A stretch of DNA of 63,678 nt, the filler included, from Lenisia limosa (lineage: Eukaryota; Protista; Breviatea), in NCBI GenBank assembly GCA_001655205.1. It is 10 parts of 10 records of this genome, joined end to end, with 100 filler letters (N's around TTAATTAATTAA, not from the genome) between each part and the next. Parts side by side here need not be neighbours in the genome. Positions count along the whole stretch, not along the records: positions 50,171 to 54,477 come from LPNZ01008233.1; positions 54,578 to 56,743 come from LPNZ01011416.1; positions 56,844 to 61,963 come from LPNZ01007984.1; positions 62,064 to 63,678 come from LPNZ01003165.1; 6 more parts are not named here. One strand, 5' to 3'. The translations under genes were made by a program, and so were the position numbers. The notes under the pieces were generated by a model. The model saw nothing but the letters and a program-made list of their open reading frames with translations, was not told where the DNA came from and searched no databases. Shown piece by piece: positions 51,417 through 63,678 of this stretch (positions within the stretch are counted from its first letter, which is position 1; every line of letters begins with the position of its first letter).

Positions 51417-53059
51417 CAGTCGAAGTTACTTCTGTGTCAGCTGAATGATCCTCAACAGCGTGGAAATGAGAAGAAGGCTCTTGAAGTTATGCGAGAAGCC
51501 TACCCACCAGCAAAAGAACTTGATGACTCAAGAAGAAGTGCCAGTCAGGTTTGTAGGAAACTTATCTGTGATACTCCATTATTGTCATTCATAATTCTGA
51601 CAACTTCAACCAGAGAATGCAGCCCGCCTCTCACGTGGGTTCATTGCAAGCAGGAGACAGTATTCTCACATAGTTCATGCACAACAAGGAAGCAAGGAGT
51701 CTCCAAAAGCTCNNNNNNNNNNTAGAGAACGCAGCCCGGCTCTCACGCGGGTTCAACGCAAGCAGGTGGCAGTATTCCCACGTGGTTCATACGCAAAAAG
51801 GAAGCAGGGAGTCTCCAAAGGCTCGTCAAAAAGCTGCTGCAACTGCCTATGGAGTGGCCACAACTGTTGACTCCGTTATCTCCAACGTCCTGCATGCTGC
51901 AAGCCTGGTATATACAACAAGCGTTTTTTTTTTTAATAAAATTGTTTTATTGGGTTTTGTATCTGATCCAATATATCGTAAAACAAGTAACTCNNNNNNN
52001 NNNTACTACCTCAAGCAAGCTGCAACTCTTCTTGGACACACGTACACAAAGCTCAAAAAGAATTTGCTCCAGGTTAGTGAGAGGTGCTTATTTTTATTAT
52101 TATTGTTTTTAATAGTATTGGGGAGATACGCAGAAAGCTGTGTGAACAGCGTTGAGAGGCAAATGATTGGGTGAATTAATACTAGACTATATTCCAGTAT
52201 TTATAGTGTGATGGTGTGAAAGGCTTCGGTAAACACTTGAAGGTTGCCATTGATATTCTCAGATCCTCTGTTCCTGATGTTCCTTACCCTTCAAAAGTAA
52301 GGAACATCAGGAACAGAGGATCTGATCATGGCAACGGCTCTGTTCATGTCCCGAATGACAGGCGAATATGCACCAGCTTCAATCATCATTGGTGGTGACG
52401 GCCTGTCCGTGATGCTGAAGCGCGTGGAGGTGAAATGCTGAGTGCTCTGTGACCACCAACTGGTGACGATGATATCATCTATACTTCATCACGTTTCCCC
52501 ATCAATCTTCAAATGGTACCCATGACCCCCTTCTCATTCCCAACTCCGCCTATGTCCCTGGAGAAACATTCAGAGATACTTCACTCACTTCCTGGTTCCT
52601 TCGCTCATTGTTCCATGATGACAATCTAACCGCTCCCCTCAGTGCCCCATTCCTCAACAAATTATCACCACCATTCCCATCTTTCACCACCAGAAGTACT
52701 ATTCATGACCAGTGTGTTTTCCGAACCGAAAACAGGGTAAAACCTGTGATCGATAATATCACTAAGGAGGTCGCAATTGCCACATCTTCATCTCTTCGCG
52801 CCGCTAATAGTGTCAAAAATTCAGGAGAAGCTCTCTCTGAGACCGTCTCTTCCGTTATTCTTCTCATAACCTCTCCTGCTGCCAAAGGTTTGCATCTAGA
52901 GTGGAATAAATTTGATAATGGTCGTGCACATCATTATAAAATTTGTATTGATTATATTAGCCTTTCTTTGAGAATCTGGAGGGTGTCAAGGAACTGACAA
53001 CCAATGCTAAGCGCCGCGTAGCTAAGGCCAGGGCTACTAACCCAAAGAAGAAGAAATAG
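51417..53059 (+). CDS. Hypothetical protein with a duplicated exon
   Basis: Exons SKLLLCQLNDPQQRG..., ENAARLSRGF... (twice), YYLKQAATLLG..., DLIMATALFMSRM..., VKPVIDNITKEV..., ending RATNPKKKK-TAG. Confidence 0.5.
52259..52325. other. Perfect 29-bp inverted repeat with 9-nt loop
   Basis: 52259-52287 TCAGATCCTCTGTTCCTGATGTTCCTTAC is the exact reverse complement of 52297-52325. Confidence 0.92.
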
Positions 53060-53529
53060 TGGTCTTATTTTTTGTTTTGTGCTCTATTGATGGTAAAATA
53101 TTCCCGTTTCTCTTCGAATAATGATTGTGATACATATTATATTTAGAGTTTTGTCCATGCTGACATGTTTTGTTTCTCTTATAATGGGTGTCTCTTAGCT
53201 GATTACTTTTTGGGTCTGTATCTACAAAGAAAACACAATCAAAACAATGCTCATAAAAAAGCCCATTTTNNNNNNNNNNNNNNNNNNNNNNNNNNNNNNN
53301 NNNNNNNNNNNNNNNNNNNNNNNNNNNNNNNNNNNNNNNNNNNNNNNNNNNNNNNNNNNNNNNNNNNNNNNNNNNNNNNNNNNNNNNNNNNNNNNNNNNN
53401 NNNNNNNNNNNNNNNNNNNNNNNNNNNNNNNNNNNNNNNNNNNNNNNNNNNNNNNTAAACAAGAAGAATAAAAGGTCCCCCCTCCCCCCTCCCCCCCAAC
53501 CGAAAGAGAACAGGGGTTGAACCAATAAG

Positions 53530-56395
53530 CCATGTCAAGACTATCGTAGATAGGTCCGTACATGTCTTCATCGTGGCCAATCTGAGTGACAAGTTAGTTT
53601 CCATATGGGTAGGGATTCCCTCCGGTCAGAAAAAGATCGGAAAACTATCGATAGGGTTACACTTCGGTTCAAAAAATAGACCGAATTTCTCTATAAATCC
53701 TCGAAAACTATCGATATTTTATCAGTCTTTTTCGAACCAAAGTACCCGAATGATTCACCCCCCCCCCACGCCGCTCAAGTCGAAGGTAACCTCGGGCATG
53801 CTGGGGGGTTGGAACGTGCAATCTACAACACACGTAGACCTATGGGGAGTGGTGAGAATGGAAAAACAAAAAAAGAAACAAAAAAAGCCAAACAAGATCT
53901 CTTTTCTATTCAGAGAAGAAGAAAACAAAAACAGAGAACATTGTCTCCCCACCACCCCCCTCATATCTTTTTAATCATACATCCTATNNNNNNNNNNNNN
54001 NNNNNNNNNNNNNNNNNNNNNNNNNNNNNNNNNNNNNNNNNNNNNNNNNNNNNNNNNNNNNNNNNNNNNNNNNNNNNNNNNNNNNNNNNNNNNNNNNNNN
54101 NNNNNGGCCGAGCCGGGTGTGTCGGCAAAATGATCATCACTGCAAGCGGTGCATGTGGTCTGGGATGATGTGATTGTATGGTCATAAAATTATATGATTA
54201 ATTTATAATTATATGGATGAGGGGCACCACAACGCCACCATTATACCCCAAATATACTAACACACCACTATGGCTTCACTTCAGTTCGGGAAAATATCGA
54301 TAGTTTTCAATGATTTATCAAGACTGAACCGAAATGAAGCCTTAACCACAACACCCATTATACCCCCCAACAGATTGCATGTCGGGCGCTTCCTTGCCGA
54401 CGGAACAATCCTCGCAGAACGCCACTGGTCCGGTGGAGAAGGTACCCGGGGAACACGGGGTGCATGTGGATGCGCCANNNNNNNNNNNNNNNNNNNNNNN
54501 NNNNNNNNNNNNNNNNNNNNNTTAATTAATTAANNNNNNNNNNNNNNNNNNNNNNNNNNNNNNNNNNNNNNNNNNNNGGCTAACACACGAGGGTTAAAAA
54601 CAACTCTGTTGGCTAACACACGAGGGTTAAAAACAACAAAGCCATAAAGCCCAGGACAGTCGCTTCTGCTAGATCCCCCACCCTGGAGGAGGAGCGCGAA
54701 GTGCGCTCATTAGCGAAGGGCAAGCCGCCCGCAGTCCAGTCGGCAAAGTAGGCCTTTTCCGGCCCGATGTGCTGTAACGTCGCAAGTCCANNNNNNNNNN
54801 NNNNNNNNNNNNNNNNNNNNNNNNNNNNNNNNNNNNNNNNNNNNNNNNNNNNNNNNNNNNNNNNNNNNNNNNNNNNNNNNNNNNNNNNNNNNNNNNNNNN
54901 NNNNNNNNNNNNNNNNNNNNNNNNNNNNNNNNNNNNNNNNNNNNNNNNNNNNNNNNNNNNNNNNNNNNNNNNNNNNNNNNNNNNNNNNNNNNNNNNNNNN
55001 TTTTGAATCTTCTCTTGTATGACTTGAAATGAGGTACAGATATCATATTTCATTCAATACGTAGTTAGTTTTTTGGAAATAAAGTTTGTATAGAATAAAG
55101 AACCCACGCGGTGAGGCGAAAGGTTCTGGAGCCCAGTTGCACGCGAGACAGAACAGAATATCGACGATACTCTGTGGCACGTGATCTAGACCAGAGGACC
55201 CCGTGTTGGATGACTTCATCATCATTGCAAGGTCCAGCGATAATCTGAGCGTTAAGTATGGGGATATTGTAGGTGTAAATGTGCGGATAATTCGGGGCAA
55301 TGAAATAAAAACAAGTCATATATACATATATTGTATGAACAATGGACCCAATTTTTTGTCATGAAGAGGTTCAAGGAGATTCATAAGAATGTATTTACCT
55401 GCATGGTAGAGGGTTTTCCTAGTCCTCTAAAACCATTTCTTGCAAAAGATAAAACCCAAGAAATGTCGATTCGTTCACGTCTTTTTCAGACAAAAGCTCA
55501 CAGAACAGCCCCCCCCCCCNNNNNNNNNNNNNNNNNNNNNNNNNNNNNNNNNNNNNNNNNNNNNNNNNNNNNNNGGCAGGTTTGACAAGCTGTTGCAGCG
55601 TCACCAACATTTGGTCCCATCCGACCGAGGACTTGTACACGGCCTTGGAGGCTGGGGATGATGCTGGAGGTGGGAGATAAAGCTGGAAAATGTGCAAAAA
55701 TGGACTCTGTTGGATAAACTTAAAAAACATAAATGGTGGGTTGAAAACAACAAAACACAAAAAGCCCAGGCCAGTCACTTCAACAGCACCGCATCGCATC
55801 GGGTGAAATCATCATGTGAGTAAATAAAGAGTCGCATCTCCAATAGAATTGTCAAATAGCATAAAACAATGTCATCATCAACAAAAGCAAGGTGGTTTTG
55901 AAAAGAGAAATGAAAGAAAAATATAACGAGAGGAATTCTCGAGAAAAACACAGTAGTATGCCCCCTTTCTCTGTTGTAAGGAATCCTCTGAAACGCCTAC
56001 CCAGAATTGCGGTAGTGGTGCGGAGGACATGGCACACAAACTCCTCTGTGTTGACCGGCAGGGATGGGGCCATCATAAGAAGGTGTTGTAGCTGGCGGGG
56101 GGGGGATGATATATGATATATGATATACAACGATGATACAACATATGCAGAAAGGATAAAAATATATTATCTATATTCTATGTAGAAACGCAAGAGAGAG
56201 AAGAAGAAGAAGAAGAAGAAGAAGGCGACAGAGAGAATGAGTTCATCCAGTTCTCAGATCCCATATTGCCACACACCTTGAACAACGCGGACGCCTTCCG
56301 CGCCACCGCCTGCATGCGTGGGGGGTCGGCGGCTATGACCCCTCGGAGGGTTGCTAGGACCCGGGGGATTAAAGGGACTATTTGGTCCGGGTTGC
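53530..56395 (-). CDS. Exon fragments of one or two unidentified genes; one exon is Cys-rich (GTFSTGPVAFCEDCSVG)
   Basis: Several GT-AG bounded open exons; interrupted by large gaps and a spacer at 54522. Confidence 0.35.
55680..55800 (-). repeat. Repeat family C copy abutting an acceptor
   Basis: Reverse-strand GATGCGGTGCTGTTGAAGTGACTGGCCTGGGC...TTTATCTCCCACCTCCAG. Confidence 0.68.
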
Positions 56396-56843
56396 CNNNN
56401 NNNNNNNNNNNNNNNNNNNNNNNNNNNNNNNNNNNNNNNNNNNNNNNNNNNNNNNNNNNNNNNNNNNNNNNNNNNNNNNNNNNNNNNNNNNNNNNNNNNN
56501 NNNNNNNNNNNNNNNNNNNNNNNNNNNNNNNNNNNNNNNNNNNNNNNNNNNNNNNNNNNNNNNNNNNNNNNNNNNNNNNNNNNNNNNNNNNNNNNNNNNA
56601 CTCTGATGATACAAATGAAAAGTCTGCTACAATTCGAGTCCTGCTAGAATTCAGCAGAATAATAATACATAAGAATGTATCATAAATACATATGTTATAC
56701 TACATGATGATATGATAAATATGTAGTAATATGATATATGATANNNNNNNNNNNNNNNNNNNNNNNNNNNNNNNNNNNNNNNNNNNNTTAATTAATTAAN
56801 NNNNNNNNNNNNNNNNNNNNNNNNNNNNNNNNNNNNNNNNNNN

Positions 56844-57914
56844 CGATATGGAGTATGACTATAACAACCAGCTTCTCTTCTGGAGCCATTCGAAGGGCAT
56901 TTCAAAGTGAGCCGTGTTCTCACTTGTTGTAATTCAATAACTGTGTATCTAGTTTTTATTAGAGCTTCTGCAAAAAGCTCTGTTGAACTGAATCTTATTA
57001 TTTCGAGAGGGGGTCCAAGTGTTTTTTTTTTTTTTTTTTTTTTNNNNNNNNNNNNNNNNNNNNNNNNNNNNNNNNNNNNNNNNNNNNNNNNNNNNNNNNN
57101 NNNNNNNNNNNNNNNNNNNNNNNNNNNNNNNNNNNNNNNNNNNNNNNNNNNNNNNNNNNNNNNNNNNNNNNNNNNNNNNNNNNNNNNNNNNNNCCTGGGT
57201 ATGTGGGGGAGGGGGGCATTTTCTCAAATCCCCCTAGTTTTCCCACAGAAGTGGCATAATTGTTTCATCTCGTGTGTTTCTTCAAATGTTTGGGCAACAA
57301 AGCTGCATTAATTTTTTCATTCTACTCTCCCCCCAGGCTGAATATCCCACCATGGCCCTCCAGCCTGTTTCTGGAAACCCGGTTCCTTGTGTCCCCAGTA
57401 TTATTCCGGTAAATGTTGTGTCAGGTGAGTGGGGTGGTAAAATGAAGGAAATAAAGCGAGCGTTATTGTAATACTTTAGCTCTAAACCATAGAGAAGCTA
57501 TCTTTTCCAAATAATAACTCCTCACAGTATCGGAGTACTCAATCACCCTCACCAACAACACTATGGTCATCACTGTTCTTGTCCTCTTCTTCTTCACTCT
57601 GGTCGTTTTTTGGGTAAGCTGTTTGGGGATTGTTTAGTTCCCTGTTAAGAATTTTTACGCCGGCGTTTGAATAACGTGAGAATTTGACAGACTGAGGGGG
57701 TCTATTTCTAATAGGGGAATTGTAACTGTCAAGGCGACACCCTGCCATTTTTGATGACTGTCGTTGAAGTAATTTTAGCACTAAACAACCCTGATGGGTC
57801 AAACCATGGGGTAGTAGGGGAGATCTGGGCTGACAACCTGTCTTTTCAGAGCTTCAGGCATAATATTTACCCCACCTCCTCTGATATAACGCAAAATAGT
57901 CTAAAAACCAAATA
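56844..57914 (+). CDS. Probable C-terminus of a single-pass membrane protein
   Basis: Exons DMEYDYNNQLLFWSHSKG, AEYPTMALQPVSG..., TM segment MVITVLVLFFFTLVVFW; last exon tentative. Confidence 0.33.
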
Positions 57915-58900
57915 AGTCAAGGAAGGAACAGGAAAAAGACAGGCATTTTGGTGAGAAAAGGCAGACTTTTAGCCACTTCTCCTCTACCACCCCATGGTCT
58001 AACCTACTTCCAGTGTTTGAGTGCAAAAAAGAGTACAATTTTAAAAAAACATAGGGATGTTATAAACAAGGGTTTCATATCCGATGGGTCAAATAGTGAC
58101 TTTTATATAAGATCTTCATTATATGAAGTATATTATTACACATTCTTTTCAATGACGTACCCCCAGGTTATCAGCGTGATATTCGACCCCACAAGGTATC
58201 AGCCCATTGGTAAGCCAAAAATTCCCATTTTATATCTGCATATAAATACTATACAAAAAAGGTACCCTCTTTCGTGAATGAAGTGAAAGCACAGGGGGGG
58301 GGGGGGNNNNNNNNNNNNNNNNNNNNNNNNNNNNNNNNNNNNNNNNNNNNNNNNNNNNNNNGTAGTGTGATCGGCGTTCAGCGTTTTTTTGTAATACGTT
58401 TTGTTGTACAACTAAGCCTTTTATTAAAAATCTTGCAACACTGATGTTGTGGACGAATACCCCCTTGTTATATTTCTTTCCACACACTAAGTTGTTAACT
58501 GTTTCAGGAAGCAGGGGTTACAGCCATCTCAGTAGTCAGAATTAAGTTTCGTCTAACGATGCATGTTATGGAATTAAGCAAATGAGGAATGTTATGATGT
58601 TCTGGAATTAAGCAATGAGGAAATTCCCGTGAAATCTCCCACTCACCTCAGCAAGACGCCGAGGGACCAACATGCAGCTATAATACTCTATCTTCAATTC
58701 TTCATCATATCTCTTTTTAAACGGATTAGTAGATTCCGAAAGTCTACCAGAAAAACATGGGATCCAGGGATCCGGTAAGGATCTCGGAACTTGCCTGTTT
58801 GTGCATTCTCAGTGTTGGTTGTGAGAGATTGGAGCGAAGCGCTTATTAAATATCACATATAGTTGAATTGGTGAACAATCAATTGATCAAACCAAACAGA

Positions 58901-61943
<3,043 letters not shown>

Positions 61944-62124
61944 GTAGGTGTTTTTTTTGGCCTNNNNNNNNNNNNNNNNNNNNNNNNNNNNNNNNNNNNN
62001 NNNNNNNTTAATTAATTAANNNNNNNNNNNNNNNNNNNNNNNNNNNNNNNNNNNNNNNNNNNNTTTCGAACCGAAGTGAAGCACTAGATGTAACCATATG
62101 AATGCACCCCCCACCCCTACGCAC

Positions 62125-63663
62125 TTGTCATGCCATCAACTTGGACCAGAAATTCCGTCTTCAGTCTAAACAATGAGATTCAAGGGATTTGTAAATGCTC
62201 ATGGAATTTGGATTAATAGGAATTCTCTCAGATCCAGCATATGACTGAGTAAACCTTCGTTCCGATAGTTTACCGATCTTATTCGAACCAAGGTGAAGCC
62301 CAACCTCCTGAGTTTCTGTGTGCCTCCCCAGAATATTGGATTATATTGTCATCGTAATGCTTACAAGAGATATGGGAAAATATAGTCAACGTAAAGCTGA
62401 TAGTATAATCATCGTAACAATAATAATAATAATAAAAAGATCACAAACCTTCGTGAGCTTTCATGTTCATTGGAAGATCTAGAAGAGAGAACAGAGTCGA
62501 CCTGGAGCATCAACTATAGTAAGGCCAACACTTGAAAGCAAATAAAGAAACCAGCCACACCCCCCNNNNNNNNNNNNNNNNNNNNNNNNNNNNNNNNNNN
62601 NNNNNNNNNNNNNNNNNNNNNNNNNNNNNNNNNNNNNNNNNNNNNNNNNNNNNNNNNNNNNNNNNNNNNNNNNNNNNNNNNNNNNNNNNNNNNNNNNCCT
62701 CCACCTCGTCCATGAATATCACGGCAGGGGCCATGGCTGTTGCGACTGCGTAGAGAGCCCTGACCTACGCTGGGTGAACTGATGACTGCTCAGCTAGGGC
62801 TTCACTTCGTTCAAAAAAAGAGTGAATTTCTCGATAGATCCTCGAAAACTATCGATATTTCCAAGGGTTTTTTCGAACCGAAGAGAAGCCCTATGTACAA
62901 CACGGATAATGGGAGGGGGGTTGCCAATAAGACTTACAGTGACCGGGATAAGTCTTGACCTATTTTCCCAATTATCATAATCCCAAGATATACAGCCCTT
63001 TGATCATCATAATTCCAACATCTACAACCCTTTGATCATCATAAGATCTACAGCCCTTTGATCATAGATCTACATCCCGTTGCGAACCATTTTTTCGCCT
63101 TCTCCAACCCATTTTGAGGTGAGGGAAGATGCACTGATACTGAAGAAAGTGGCTTTCGACGCATGTGCCAAGGCCCGTGCTAGTAACGTCTGCAACAAAG
63201 TGATGGAAGATTGAGTTCAAAAACTGCCTGAAATGGGGCCAAAGGAACCGAAGAGGGAATATGTTGGAGGAATTGATTATTTGAAAGATGTTAAAACGCC
63301 GTCAATGCTGAAGAATCGCATCCAGGAAGTCAAAGCACCTTGGAGGATGTATCAAAATATATAAGGTATAAAAGAGAAACCGGAACAATGCGATTGGAAG
63401 AGGGACAAATATTTTTGAAAACTATCATAATTATATACGATAAGTACATACACTATGGATAATAAAAAAGATCCCACCTTGCAAATTTCCCCATATATAA
63501 ATATGATATAAAGAACATCACACCCCCCAACCTTGCCGGTTCCCGACGGGCCGAACAAGAGCACGCCCTTCGGAGGGGCTCTGATGCCGGTGAACATATC
63601 AGGTCGGATGGAGGGGTAGACAACTGCCTCCAGGAGGGCTGATTTGGCGTCGTGTAGGCCGAC
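62125..63663 (-). CDS. Meiotic-clade AAA ATPase, fidgetin-like 1/spastin type (internal fragment)
   Basis: [41 protein letters not shown]|[35 protein letters not shown]|[14 protein letters not shown]|[11 protein letters not shown]. Confidence 0.88.
62794..62893. mobile_element. MITE family A copy
   Basis: TAGGGCTTCACTTCGTTC...GAACCGAAGAGAAGCCCTA. Confidence 0.78.
62990..63070. repeat. Imperfect tandem repeat TACAGCCCTTTGATCATCATAA
   Basis: Three to four units. Confidence 0.7.
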
Positions 63664-63678
63664 TGGGGGGGGGGGGGG

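Overview
Eukaryotic nuclear DNA from an intron-rich microbial eukaryote with the standard genetic code (TAA, TAG and TGA all seen as stops). Its taxon cannot be named from this window, and the gene content suggests it is flagellated. The draft assembly has many N gaps, mostly at G/C homopolymers, plus nine artificial N-TTAATTAATTAA-N contig spacers, so gene order across those joins is unreliable. Reading spliced exons by eye gives, in order: BMT2-like rRNA methyltransferase, an orphan with UIM-like motifs, TXNDC12/ERp18-like, calcyphosin-like, a SET-domain protein, a long coiled-coil orphan, a WDR49-like EF-hand/WD40 protein, a multipass membrane protein, LSG1, PTPA, N6AMT1/HemK2, EFTUD2/Snu114, several orphan fragments, a decayed intron-containing piggyBac transposase, a CaMK1-like kinase and a FIGNL1/spastin-like AAA ATPase. 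Introns run from 21 nt to several hundred nt, and the long ones carry four short repeat families. The most unusual signals concern intron architecture. (1) Repeat family C is sense to its host gene in every copy where the host is clear, and its TTTAC+poly-C end usually abuts the AG acceptor (introner-like). (2) G-rich intron starts are often complementary to C-rich intron ends. (3) Introns of 21-23 nt occur, including a GAG acceptor. Gene coordinates are approximate spans from first to last recognised exon.
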